The notes under the pieces: model-generated | Databases searched by the model: none | What the model was told of the DNA's origin: nothing | What the model saw: only the letters and a program-made list of their open reading frames with translations | Part shown: positions 42,448 to 56,700 of the stretch, piece after piece | Position numbering within the stretch: position 1 is the stretch's first letter | Layout of the letters: every line of letters starts with the position of its first letter | Made by a program: the position numbers and the translations under genes | NCBI RefSeq assembly: GCF_964355755.1 | Contig: NC_092671.1 | Coordinates: forward strand, 15,438,001 to 15,502,000 | Reading direction: 5' to 3' | DNA: 64,000 nt | Source: Antedon mediterranea | Lineage: Eukaryota > Animalia > Echinodermata

Positions 42448-42808
42448 AGCGTGGTTCCCACTAACGACGCAACACGGGGACGTAACACAACGCAAGTGAA
42501 TTGACCAATCACAAGCGATGGCTTATTCGCTTGTGATTGCTAAAGCTTGGTTCCCACTAGAACGTAACGCAAGGACGTAAACGCAACGCAAGTGAATTGA
42601 CCAATCACAAGCGATGGCTTATTCGCTTGTGATTGCTAACTGTCTATAACTTCGCTTGTCATTGGTTAAAACGCTTGCGTTGCGTTTACGTCCTTGCGTT
42701 ACGTTCTAGTGGGAACCACGCTTAACTGTCTATAAATTCGCTTGTCATTGGTTAAAACGCTTGCGTTGCGTTTACGTCCTTGCGTTACGTTTTAGTGGGA
42801 ACCAAGCT
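42448..42808. mobile_element. Two PIF/Harbinger-type MITEs of one family, one nested inside the other
   Basis: Inner copy 42544-42722 is flanked by TAA/TAA and sits at the internal gattgc-TAA-ctgtc site of the outer copy. An uninterrupted copy is at 51578-51750. Confidence 0.88.
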
Positions 42809-43569
42809 TTAGTTGGAGTCAGTTTTATGCTATCCATAATATAATAGAACTAACCCAACATTTTTCCTCTTTCTCTTCCTAAATTGCAAGTCCGATACTA
42901 CCGCCGTTCGAGTTATGGAACCTTTTTACTGCCCTTTATCCATTAGTCTATATTAGAATCATATTTGAGACTCCGTAAGATTTTGTTAAAAAATCGCATG
43001 ATTAATATCATAAAACGGGTAATACCCGTCGACAGTGAGTATGACTGAAGACGAATGAAAATGCAAATGCAACATTAATACCGTAATAAAAAGGGTAAAA
43101 ACTATGGAAGTAGTTAAATATCATAAAATTTGGTATTTTTATGACATCCGTAAATGTCAAAAATAGGTAAAAAAAGTTTTAAAATTTCACTTAAAATATA
43201 TTATTAGAGCTAAAGACATTTTTTAGAAAACCTCTATATTTAGGGACAATATTCTGTGTTTTGAGGGGGTGTTTCTTCAGATAATCGTATGATATTTGTC
43301 TATTTACTGTATGAAACATGTTTGTTATGTTATATTTGATACTATCGATAATGACTTAAGCAATATCAAAGCGCTTCGCAATATCAATGATACCAGTGTC
43401 ATATAATGTATATAAATAAGATCATATATACCAATTATTAATAAAGTATAATATATTAGCATTCTGTCATCATTCTCTCCTTAATTAAAATGGATTGTAT
43501 TGGCGGCAGATATCAGTCTTTGAAATAAAAAAATACACGCGAATTGGACATTACGCGCTGCGACGTGGG

Positions 43570-43974
43570 CGTGAATGGTACAACGCGGTGCAGTAGGTGT
43601 CATGAGTATTGTGTTCAATTTGTATAGTTAAAGGAGATCGAATTTGACTAGTTATTAAACCTATTCATCTTTCTCTTCCTCGCATACATTAATCTAGACA
43701 AAATGTTCTTGAAAAAACAACAAAATTGAATAGAATGAATAGAGGCCATATACGTTGAAGCCAAAAAAAGTCGTGAATGGTACAACGCGGTGCAGTAGGT
43801 GTCATGAGTATTGTGTTCAATTTGTATAGTTAAAGGAGATCGAATTTGACTAGTTATTAAACCTATTCATCTTTCTCTTCCTCGCATACATTAATCTAGA
43901 CAAAATGTTCTTGAAAAAACAACAAAATTGAATAGAATGAATAGAGGCCATATACGTTGAAGCCAAAAAAAGTC
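43570..43974. repeat. 202-bp tandem duplication
   Basis: 43570-43771 and 43772-43973 appear identical. Confidence 0.92.
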
Positions 43975-46900
43975 AAGAAAACAGTTTTCGTATATATAAA
44001 AGGTAAATTTGCACGCCCATGGGGAATAGACTTGCCCTAAGTCTGTAGTTATTTTATGTTTTTGATTTTGTCTGAAAATACGAGCTCAAGTAGTATACGT
44101 ATGAAACGCCATATGTGCCAAAATAGTTATCATTTTACTAATATTAAATAAACACTGCGTCTAGCAATGATTATATTAAACGTTAACCCGATCGGCCGGC
44201 GGTTTACAAAATATAGTTCTGTATGAAATATTGATACGTGAATGTGTGCGAATAAATGTCTATTTATAGTTGGATTAATGAATATAAATGAACGCATGTA
44301 TTATTTCATAAACATTTGATATTTTATAGATATTATTGCTATAAATAACTTTTAAATTACTTCCCCCGCAACCGATGATGGAATCAGTATACCCTATAGA
44401 TATCGATTTTAATTATGTGGAGGAGGAGTAGGAGAAAGAAGAGAAAGTTGAGGAGAAGCCAGTAATAATAACTAATTTTAGTAAAGAAAATATTATTTTA
44501 TATATTATAATAAGAATAAGCAGTGGCAAAAATATGGTGTATTAAGTATGACAGTATTATTTATGATGGTAGTGGTGTCAACGTTAGCAATATTAATAAT
44601 GATGGTGATGATGATTGCTGACGTGCACAAGATAGTTTCGCATCGTATATGTTTCCAAGAGCAGTGATAAACATTATTATTAATGCCTCTTTCACTAGAA
44701 GTATAGATAAATAGACTGGCTGATGAAGTTCTTTGTCAACATTTCATATCCATTAAAAAAATACCAAATAACACCTGTAAGAACGAACTTTGCCTGCAGA
44801 TGTGATCGCAAAACTAATGACGTCAGCAACATCTACGTCAATATCTTAAATAATATTGATTTTGACGGTTTTTTACTCGAGATTGTTGTTTGAAGCAGTT
44901 CTCTTCTGATTTCTTATTGTCCTATTTTGAACTCTAATTTATCAATTATGGTTGATTTAATTTTATCATTTTTTAATATTTCGTCGTAATGGTAGATTGT
45001 TGTTAAGCAAAATTAGGTTAGTTCAATCGAATTTACCATTCCTAGTACTTTAATATTTGAAACATTTAATTAATGTTATAATGATAATAAGATTGTTTAT
45101 ACATATTTTTAATTATGATACAGCATGAATTGTTGAATTTAGTGTCCATTTCCATTATATTTGATCATGTTATGTGTGTGTGTGTGACGAGAAAGAACTC
45201 CATCGCCCACGCGTTTGGTATATACTTTACAGTTTTTAGAACCGCATAAATTCATGTACAAAATTATGAAAAACTAAATATAGTAAAGGTTAAAATATAA
45301 AAAAAACAAGTAGGGCTTTACATTTCATACCGTGTAATTATGTCACCCTTAAGTGTCGTAAAGTTGTACGACACATCTGTTTTTAAATTGAAATTAGTCT
45401 ATTTTCCGTGGTCTAATGGCAATGACTTTCATCGTTACGTAAGTTTCATTAAGTACTTATATAATACAATTACTATATCATTAAATAAAGATTGGTGTGA
45501 TGTCAGTACCTCGGTCAACGAATTTTGTGCCGTTTAACAAGCTGATCGTCAAAACTCAGATGTGTGTTGTTTCTTGACGGATTATTCAAATGTCAAAACG
45601 GTTATTGAATCACACGATTCATAAGTATTTCGAAAAATGGAAGAAATGGATCGTATTATTGCGTTACGATTCAATGCATAGCGTTACATCTGAGTGAATT
45701 GCGTTACCGTTTAGTGGTTTTTATATTATACTGTAAGTACTCGTATAAGACGCTATAACTATTCTGTTTATTCTTATTTGGTCGTTGTGTAAGTGATACT
45801 TGGTATATTTAAAAATATTATTGAGAAGAATATTATAATAATTCAATAAAATATTAACCATTTTAATCAAAATGTAGGGCAATTATATAGGCCTGCAAAG
45901 AATTATCGCTATGTAGGCGATAATTGTTGTTCACATCACCGTACCGTAATTAATAACAATATTAATATTCATCTTCATCTCTCACACGCGTTAGTCTCAA
46001 CAATTCTAATACACATATGACGTAACAACGTGCGTAATGTTGTCAAAAATACTGATTAGATGGCAGTGAATATAAATAAATTGATTATTTACTGATATGG
46101 AAAATAATCAGTTACATTCGATCTGAGTGGATGAATCGCTACATTGTCTCTTCAACAGTAAACATGAATTATCGTTTTAGCTCTGTAATATAAATTTTCT
46201 CTGTATACATGTTTGTTTTATCTAGATTTCAACACAATATCAAAATATTTTATATAATCTTTTAACCTCTGTCTGTGTAATGTCAGTTAAATATTCATTG
46301 ATAAATAGATAGATAGACATATATACTGTAACCTTCACCATATTGTTTATCATTGCAATAAAAGTGGGTTGTCCCCACAAAAGAGAAAAAAAGTAAACAT
46401 GAATTAAAAATCGATATTCATCCTAGGCCTATTAAATTACAAGTTAGTAGTGTTGATAATGTTAACTTTATTTATTTTAATTTTACTTTTATTGTTACAT
46501 GTTTATGTCTTGTCATGATGTATTTCTGGAAAATATTTTTGAAATAAAATAAATCGAAGCGAAAAATAAATGAAACGAATTGCAATCAACCACAACCTTT
46601 TTTGTCGATCTAGATTTTCGTTAGAAAAGTCGATAAATGTATTTCGGTCCTTCATGTGTTGTATTTATTTATATCTATCGTTATTTCTGATAGGTCTACA
46701 GTCAATACATTCAAGGAAGAGTGAGATTACTAATAAATTTCACTCTTCCATAACAATCATACTTTTTTATAGGCCACGTCATCACCATTATATTACTTTA
46801 AATACTGTACTATACCGTAATTACACAAGTCGGTTATATTATTTTATTTATTTTTTATTTATATTTGTATATAAATCCAAAGGCAAAATACTGAAAAATG

Positions 46901-47299
46901 ACAATACTGTAGGTATCAGTCAAGTCAAGTCAAGTCAAGTATCATTTATTATCATTTGTTTTAAGAAAAAACATAGAAATTCCATCAGTGGATGGATCTC
47001 AATGGAGATACAAAAAAAAGCGAAAATCCAAATCAAAACGATAAAGTAAAACCGCCAGAAAAGGTAGCAGAGCTTTTGAGCAACACTAGCCCTTCATCAG
47101 TGAAATATATATAATTTGTTCAGTATTTTGCTTTTAGATTTATATAAATATGTATAAATAGTTTTCGTGTCTTAATGAGCCCGCATTGGGTTTATTACAT
47201 GTGTATATTTTAATCTCGCCTTACATGGTAACTCATTTTATAGATATTTATGTTACATCAAATTGAATTGTTTGATTTCGTAGTTGGACAACGTTACGT

Positions 47300-47490
47300 A
47301 TTATTATTGGCTGATTCAGTTTACTAAACTAAAAACTCAATGTACATGTAATAATTAATCGTTGCCTAGAAACAGTCAGTCAGTCCATCTGATTGGCTTG
47401 AAGGACAAATTACCTTTCGAGCGCGTAACAAAATGATTTCGTTGTGACGTCATATTATGTTAAGTAAAGTGTGCGATTGACGCATCTAAC
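47300..47490 (+). promoter_or_regulatory. Putative proximal promoter of the secretogranin-3-like gene (inverted CCAAT boxes, RFX X-box-like site, CRE)
   Basis: ATTGG at ~47306 and ~47392, GTTGCCTAGAAAC at 47361-47373, TGACGTCA at 47445-47452 and TGACGCA at ~47478; all lie 300-470 nt upstream of the ATG at 47774. Confidence 0.5.
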
Positions 47491-47773
47491 GACTGAAAGG
47501 AACAGAAGAAAATCAGAATAGCAAAACAAGTCACATGCGACGACGAATGAATGTTGGACGTCTAGGTAGATTACGGCAGCTCATTAGATAGATAGAAAGC
47601 AACGAACGAAGACGGGACACAAGACTTACAATAGGAAAGATAAAGATACAAGAGATTCACTGGTTATAATATATAGGTGCCAAGTCCAACACAACGCTAC
47701 AAAATAGGAATATTCATTGTCGTATACGTTCTTGTAAATATTTGACGTTTGTAGCAAAAGAAACATTGACAAC

Positions 47774-50700
47774 ATGTACCAAAGTGATGTGAAACGATTT
47801 ATATGGATCTTGGTTTTAGTGGCAGTTACATACTCAGCACCGGCTCGTGGTACGTTCATATTTTCGGATAAACATATTTTTACATGTCATTTGTGTTTTT
47901 AAGCTCTTCCATGTATAATATTTACATGAATTTAGATAGCATATATCGCTCACCATCCCTTTGTGGTCAAAACCACAGCGTAAACACGCCGCTTAAGCAA
48001 TTGGATCCAACGGCTTAACGTATTTCTAAAGGACGCGGTAGTAGGTACTACCAACTGGGCGTAAAACCAATTTACACATATTTCTCGTGCACAATACTAG
48101 TAAAATGTATAGCTTTCATTTCCAAAGTTGTATAAACATCGTATGAGAATAATGTCTATGGTGCTATGATAATTTTAATATATACGATGTAATGTAACAT
48201 TGTAATAATTTAACTGATATGACTTGGTGTTTATTGTTAAACTCGTGGTATGCTAAATGATACAATAATAAGCGACGGTAATAAATTGATTTAATAAATA
48301 ATAATAATAATAATAATAATAATTTATTTGGAAAACGCTTTTTGAACAGCGGCACACATAATAATGGTGCATCCTTAAAACAATTAAACATACAATATAA
48401 AAATATATGAGTATAAAAATAAAGATAGACTAGATTAAAACTGTATTTTAAAGATTAAAAACTGTATTTTAAAGATATGTTGTCCCTCTTAAAAAAATAA
48501 TGTTTTTGTTGAGTATGCCATTCTAACAGTTATTCACTTTGACCAAAAACTGGATCGAAAAAAATATATTTACATGAAAAAAATTTAATTAAAAGCAAAA
48601 AATACTTAAATTGTCTGTCATACAGTGGTTTTTTGGTTAAAATTAACCGTTTCTTTTGTCTTTTTATTATACTTATTTGTTTTCTACAGAAGTGAGTAAC
48701 CGCAAAATGGTCTATTTAAAGTCTGATTTTATTTATCTTCATTGTTCCTGTTTTTGGGGACAATACATTTTAAATGTAGATGTATAATGTTATCATAGAC
48801 TATATTGTTATGTTTCCACAATAATAAATTATTTATTTTTCTTGAAGGGATATAATATGTTAATTTCACCCCTATACATTAATTATGACAATCGATCTTA
48901 ATAAATTATTATTTAAATAACCACAAACCGGATAATGGTATTTGGATGTTTAATATTAATATAATAATATAATACAACATTTATAAATATCTCCCATTGA
49001 AGTACTTAAAATTATCTTTAACCCAATCTTTAGAAATGTATTCATTTTTGTTTTTAAATAGAAGCTTTAGATATAAACTGTTATTTAAAATGAAATTTAA
49101 AACGAGGTAATGAATCACAATTTCCATCTTGTCGTCGGTTCAATTGTGTCCAATGCCTCATATTAATATTTGTTGTTTTGTGTTCGAACAACGGTTTGAA
49201 CAAATAATGTAGACATAAATAATTTCAAGATAAAGATCATATCCTCTTAGTATATTTATTGATTGTTTTGCGAGCCTGCGAGGTAATTTGTCTTCGCTTG
49301 TTTAATAGAAGTACATTATTACATTTAGGCGTTAATCAAGTCGGAATTGATGTACGCATTTATGAAAATGCATTTGAAAAGATAATATGTACCTTAGCTC
49401 TGGGGGTTGCTAGGTTATGTGTTGCAGATAATGAGAGATGTTTTCTTCATGTGTTTTATACCATGAATATTAAAAGTACATCATCATTCAAATGTAAATA
49501 ATTCAACGTTCGGCTAGCTTGCATTATGTCTAAACCTTGGCGCGATAAAAATTGTTACATTTTTTGTACGCACTTGTTACCTTTTATAATATAATGCAAC
49601 TGACTAGACATGCTTCAATAACTTGATAATTAGCGCTTAAAACGCGTAGAATTGCGTATAACGGTAGCCTAATCACGGTATACAAAATGGCATTGAAACG
49701 AATTCGTATGGAAATTTATTGATGTAAGTCACGTCACGTATTAACGACAAGTATTCCATCTTTTCAACACGTGCATTCTCTGTGTTAATGATTCTTATAT
49801 CACAACGTACAACAGCCATGACCTGTAATAATATTTAATTCCTTTATTTAATCTATAATTATATGCGCTGCTGGCGTTTTGTAATTTTATTCTGTTTGGA
49901 AAAGGCCTCCTACTACTACAATGTATACGTATCTTAATTATTGTCAATACCACAATCACAACCATCAATTCCGTCATCGTTATCTTAATCATTTTCAATA
50001 TCACCATCACAACCATCATCTTCCGTCATCGTTATCTTAATCATTGTCAATATCACCATCACAACCATCATCTTCCGTCATCGTTATCTTAATCATTTTC
50101 AATATCACCATCACAACCATCATCTTCCGTCATCGTTATCTTAATCATTATCAATATCACTATCACAACCATCAACTTCCGTCATCGTTATCTTAATCAT
50201 TGTCAGTATCACTATCACAACCATCATCTTCCTTCATCGTTATCTTAATCATTGTCAATATCACCATCACAACCAACATCTTCCTTCATCGTTATCTTAA
50301 TCATTGTCAATATCACCATCACAACCATCATCTTCCGTCATCGTTATCTTAATCATTATCAATATCACTATCACAACGATCATCTTCCTTCATCGTTATC
50401 TTAATCATTGTCAATATCACCACCACAACCATCATCTTCCTTCACCGTTATCTTAATCAATGTCAATATCACAATCACAACCATCATTTTCCTTCATCGT
50501 TATCTTAATCATTATCAATATCACCACCACAGCCACCATCTTCCTTCATCGTTAGCTTAATCAATGTCAGTATCACCATCACTAACATCATAATAATAAC
50601 AATTAACAGTTTATTATATAACAATCTTCGTTTCTTTCTCATGACGATCAAAGCATATTGATCGAAACGTCGAGAAACTCAACAGTTCCTTTTCAGAACT

Positions 50701-53700
50701 AACATACGTAGTGTATCACAAATTTCAATCTTCGTTCCATATTTTGTTCATTTTCTTCTTATTTCGATTTTACCTCTTCATTTAGAACTCGTCATGTTCA
50801 TGATTTTATTCGTTTACTACTATAGCACAATTTATTAATTCTCTGTCATCGTTGCGTACATAACTTTAATACTTGTACATATTATTTCAATCAAGATTAT
50901 CTCCGAGTGTGTATATAAAAAAGGCGGATTGCTTGCCTCTCTCATGGTTCGATTTTTTTATTGTCAACATCTGTCACTAAAATATATAAGAATTCCAATG
51001 TTTAATATGTATATTTGTCAGCGTAGACTGTGTGATAATCTGACTGGCTTTGATGTGTTTCAACTCTTCATTCATTTTTTTAATACTCTTTCTAGACTAG
51101 AATATTTTGTTTAAATAATATTCCAACAAAATGAATGATTATTTCAATATGTACGTCTGTTCTTATTATGTCTTATGTTTCAACGTTGAATTTCTACGAT
51201 AATATAGTCTACAGTAAGGCGTACGTTCATGATAATGTTGTCGTGCAGGAAAAAGAATATTATGATTTATTTGTAACTACAGTATATATTCAGAGAGATA
51301 CCTTCCTGTTAAACCATGTATTAGCTAGCCTGCCTTCTGCGATTACGCAATCGACAATAAATATAAAACAGGCTTTTACTAAAGTAATGGCGTTACCACA
51401 ATACACTTAATAATAATAACAATAAAACATAATATTTTTATGTACAGCAGTTATTAAGAATAAATAAAAATCAATGAATAAAAAAATCAATACTATTGAA
51501 TGAAAAAAAAACTAATCGATGTAAAACGTCATCTATTTGTAACTTAGTTTTAATGATGTAAGTATTTTGATCGCTTAAGCGTGGTTCCCACTAGCGACGC
51601 AACGCAAGGACGTAAAGCAACGCAAGTGAATTGACCAATCACAACCGATGGCTTATTTGCTTGTGATTGCTAACTATCTATAACTTCGCTTGTCATTGGT
51701 TAAAACGCTTGCGTTGCGTTTACGTCCTTGCGTAAAGTGGGAACCAAGCTTTAATAATTTTATTAGATGCACGGTATATCTTAATAATAAGAAAATACTA
51801 ACTTGAAATAAACCTCTGTTCACACACAATTCAAAATGTTTGTTATGTTTAGGAGATACAATAATGAATGAGGAAACGCGATATCATTGATTGACCGGCA
51901 AGAAATTGGTTACTGCTATCTTATTGAATATCTCATTGAATACTGGCAATTAATTTATTTGTTAATCTTAATTTTTATCAGAATTGTTGAATTAAGTTTG
52001 GAATTTAAATAAACTCTGTTAAGCATGTCTACTTCATAGAATTATACAGCCGGGGGCTTACTGTTGTAGCGTTTTCATGGGTTATTAGGCTAACCATTTT
52101 AGTATGCGTGTTTTTAATTATCATTAATATAATATATATAGATATATTATTAAATATTTCTATTTATTACCTGGCACCTCATTAATAATAGATATTTTGT
52201 TTTGGTATTACGTGTTTGCGTGCCTGTATGTTTACTAACGTTTACTTCACACACACACAGAGCTTGAGAAAAACGAATACCATTGTTCTGATCATCAACC
52301 GATTCCCTTTTTCCAAATTGACTCATTATTTAATGCCTTAGCTTGAATAGACATTGATAATAATGCAAGGAAATAAAATAATCCAAAAAAATGTTAAAAA
52401 CACATTTAACAGATACACTAATTATTATGGGAGAAATAAGCAATGTGTCATGGCAAAACCTGTACAATGCATCTACGCCACCAGAGCGCGCTAGAAAACT
52501 AGCATGAAACCATCACAGAAAAATAACAAATTAATAATAATTTTAATTATTTTCTCAGCTTGATGCTAAAAAACACGTTTCTACCTTAACACGAAACATG
52601 AAAACACACGCCGTCAAGACAAGTCGTGTGAATTAACGCTGTACGTGTTTTATGAATTTATGTAGAGGACTACAATACCGTATAATTGGAATTAACGTGT
52701 AGTGGTTATTGGCCATTACCTGCCGACATACTACAGCTTTAATTAGCATTGAATTCGCCATCGTTCTAATTAACATTTAATTTTAAAGCAGAAAATACTA
52801 AAGTATTGCCGTTTTGTGATTGACGCGATAGTAACGCATTTAATTTAAGAAAGTAATGCGATATTATTACGATCGCATTTAATACCATGTTGTCTGAATA
52901 GTTTCTGTTCATTTATTTATATGTTTGGAACTGACTAATTAGGTATAATATAACGTTAACGATAAAATGATTCACCAGTCAATGTACTGTTACTTTTATT
53001 TAGAAATGATTCGGTCTAATTGTCTGTCTCTTCGAAACTGGTTATTGTTGCGTAAAACCAAATTTGTCACTAAACGACTCAATTCGGTGTCGACTTCGTT
53101 GAATAGAACAGTCCATCTTTAAGACATGTCTTTTATCCATGTAAGCCTATTTGTCTTCCTTTAACGACGACAGTTTTAACTGAAATAGTTTTCTGTTTGG
53201 TATATTCAATACCATCAGTACCGTCGGTCGCATCATAGTCTTTGATGTTCATTATATCAAATTCACTTCTAATTTCCTCATGAAAAGCAATCAATACATA
53301 CATCTCTATAGTGACCTAGGCAACGAATAACCGTTGATTGAACGGAACACTCGTATTAGTTTCCATGTATTAGTTTCGATCATTACACAAAAACGATACA
53401 GCATTTTATTGATGATCGTCGACCTGACGTCAGGGACAGCATTTACGTGAGCCTAATTCATATCAGTGACTTGAGCCCCAGGCATAAATTTTCCATGAGG
53501 GTGTATAACATAACATTTCTAGCAATCAATTGTCTTAATGGAGACACTTGAACGTTATGTCCCCGTAGCTATAAAGCAAACATTCTCTTTGCTGCCCACG
53601 CTTTACGCAAACACGTAGATGATCGTCTGATTGCGTGTATATCGCGATGTTGAGTATACACGTCAATGGTAACTTCAGAATGCTCATTTGAATGCAGTGT

Positions 53701-56700
53701 GTCTTCTGAAAAGTATATATTTTAAACTACTTCTTATATCAAGGAATTATTCATTTATCAACCTTCAACAGCTCTCGTCAGTAACACACCGAGAACCATA
53801 ATCGTTGACGCGCTATCTGAACTTTACAGCGTTTGTGATAACGCGTCAGTCGTTTGTGCAAACGCGTCATGTCACTGCAAATATTACTATAAATGTATGG
53901 TTTAATGATAGCTTATGGAACGTCTCTTTGAGATATTTTAATTTTAAGAAACCGTTTCTCATGATATTTCCTACTTTCTTTTGGTCATACTAACTCCGTG
54001 CCAAAATTTGATGTTTATCGTCTCTCTATCTTCTCTTTAATTTGCCCTTTTTTCTGCTCTAGTCTTCTATTTCCCATGACATTAATTCTGCTCTAGTTTA
54101 TTGATTGCATTTATAGCTGGCAGTGCACTTCCTAAATCCATCTTACATTAAAGATAATGTAATTTACTATTTATATTTTAACCTGTTAATTGCAACTGCG
54201 AAACGTTCGAGATGTAATCCTACTCTTCTATTGAACGTCATATATTACAAACTGATGTATTCTGTTATTATTATTTAAACTTAAAATTAATTTGTTCATT
54301 TTTAAAATATTATCACAATTAAGATGTAAAATATAGAATACTGTTGTATATTACAATTTTTTAGGATGGATAAAAGAAAGAATTTTTGAATGAAAGCCAA
54401 TGAGGGGTTTATAAGAAATGATTGTTTGCACTTTTTAGTATTTAACATTTTACACAGAAGCGTAGGCATAAATTTAATATGTTGTTCAGAATTCACACGT
54501 ACGAGCAGTACAAAGTACCCACATCATGTTAAATTCGTTTGTAACAACAACGATGGCCTGTCACAAGTGCATAACATACGCCGATCCAGTTTGTCACGTA
54601 TTTATACCGTTATGCATTAGGCCATTCTATAAATTAGTAAATAACTAGCGCCATCACAAATCTTAGCTTCAAGGCGTCACAAATCTTAGCTTCAAATCGC
54701 CTCGGAGAAAAGATCACTAATATTTCTTAAAATTAAGCATAAAAAGTCTTCCAGAAACGACTAAAATAGCTGTATAGAATAAAAACAATTCTGTATTTTC
54801 AAAGTAGATGATTAGATTTAAAAATAAATATTTAACGATAGTTTTTACCGAATAATAATTGTGCCTACATTGTTGGCCTACGCAATTCTCGGTTTACGAA
54901 AACCACGACTTAAAAAATCACATTATAAATAGATTCTTCAGAAGTATGATGACAAATTTCAATTACACATTAATACAGCTAAATTGCTTTTCAACTGAAC
55001 GAAAATAACATTTCCTTATACTTTTGACATTGAAATCTTTTATCCGCAAGTGATCAGAATGATAAATTAGTACCTGAGGATAATGTATTACAAATGTGTT
55101 GATGATGTTAATGCTTCAGTTTGACCTTTTAACAAACTTCCTCATGTTCATGCTACATAATAATAAAATAAAATAAATAAATAAATATGAATGAATGATA
55201 GCTTTCGGTTTTTTTATGAGAAGAGTACTACTCTTGTGATAAAAAAAACCCTGAAAGCTTTCCGATGTCTAGTAGACAGATATCGGAAAGCTTTCAGAAA
55301 GCAGAATTTGAAAGTTAGGGTTTTGTAAGAACAGTTTGAAGAACATATTGATGCAGATTTTATTTTTTAATCTGAGCACTAAAAATGCATCTTTATAGAT
55401 CCTACGTGGTTTGTAGGTTTTTAAACTAATTGGTGTGTCTTTGTCTGTTCGTCGCAAACTGCGTCTGTATTTTGTATATCAAAATGCATCTTAACCATTT
55501 AATGTATACTAACGGTATGATACTCACCCTGTAAGTGAACGGTCGCAGGTTCGAATCCCGCCAGAGACAATTTTTCATTTCTAAAAAAAGTACGGAACTT
55601 TCGCCGATGAGCTATGCTCGACGCGATTATGAGATCATGTTCCGAATTTGAGCACTATATTTCTATATAATTTGACAGTATTATATATACAGTATAGTAT
55701 TCATATATAACTTACTTTTATCTATTTTCAGATGCATCTGTTTCGAAACAACTCGATGACCAAGAAGTATGTATTACTTGTTATTTATAAAATAACTTTT
55801 TATACAAACTATTTCATTGTGTTAAACTTTGAAGTTGCAAAAGATATTCGAATTTGACAAAACTAGACTAAACAGTATTAATTCAAGTATACAATTTGGC
55901 TGCCGTACTTTTGTAGAACACAGTAGATCATGCGATAATCACTTCTTTAATTAATGTCAATTAAAATAGCGAATTGCGTCATCTACTGAGCTATGAAACC
56001 CAGAGGAATGCATAACAATTTAAGACATGATGCCGCGATCTTAAAATAGATTCCCAATTGATATACTATACAGACAATTAAGATTAAATGAGCTTTTTTT
56101 ATATCTTTTATTATCAAAAGTAAATTGATATTCTTCATGGCAAAGACATATGGCTGCTAATTTTTAAATACCAGTGTAAATTCCGCACACAGTAATATAC
56201 GAATATGAAATACATTTTACTACAATGTAAATAATCATTTTGATTATGTACCCAACCCGTTTACTCCTGTTCGTGTGAATATTAAAAGAAAAGGATTCGA
56301 TTGATAAATATTAGCCTGATTGTGGCGCATGTTTCTCTCTGTTCATTGCCTATATTTTATGTGTTTATTTTATGATTCTTTTCAGACAAACAAAGATATG
56401 AGTAAAGATGAGCAAGTTCTTGTCACTAAACCGCCGTCGTCTGAGGAAAATACAGGTAGGCCTACTCCTAGTCTAATTAATAATATAGGTAGGCCTACTC
56501 CTAGCCTAATTAATAATACAGGTAGGCCTACTTCTAGCCTAATATATAGTACAGGTAAGGCCTACTCCTAGCCTAATTAATAATACAGCTATAGGCCTAC
56601 TCCTAGCCTAATTACCATTACAGGTAGACTTACTCCTAGCATAATAATACGGTACTACAGATATAAATTTATAGCCGGACGCGAAGATTGGTTTTGTAAG

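Noticed and set aside
41329-42861. Possible minus-strand spliced micro-ORF (42855-42861 joined to 41329-41417: MLVYAYAQDHKMLSPLNDERVSLGELTMPFD)
   Set aside because: The splice phases fit, but the acceptor is weak, the ORF is only 31 aa and I recognise no homology. It would need RNA-seq or Ribo-seq support.
44810-45020. CRE (44818) followed by a donor-like ag|gttagt near 45016, as an alternative first exon of the granin-like gene
   Set aside because: I found no convincing acceptor upstream of ATG 47774, and CRE motifs are common in this window.
46570-47049. 159-aa ORF, the longest in the track
   Set aside because: Its Ile/Phe/Tyr/Lys-biased composition is typical of AT-rich non-coding DNA; it has no motifs or exon signals.
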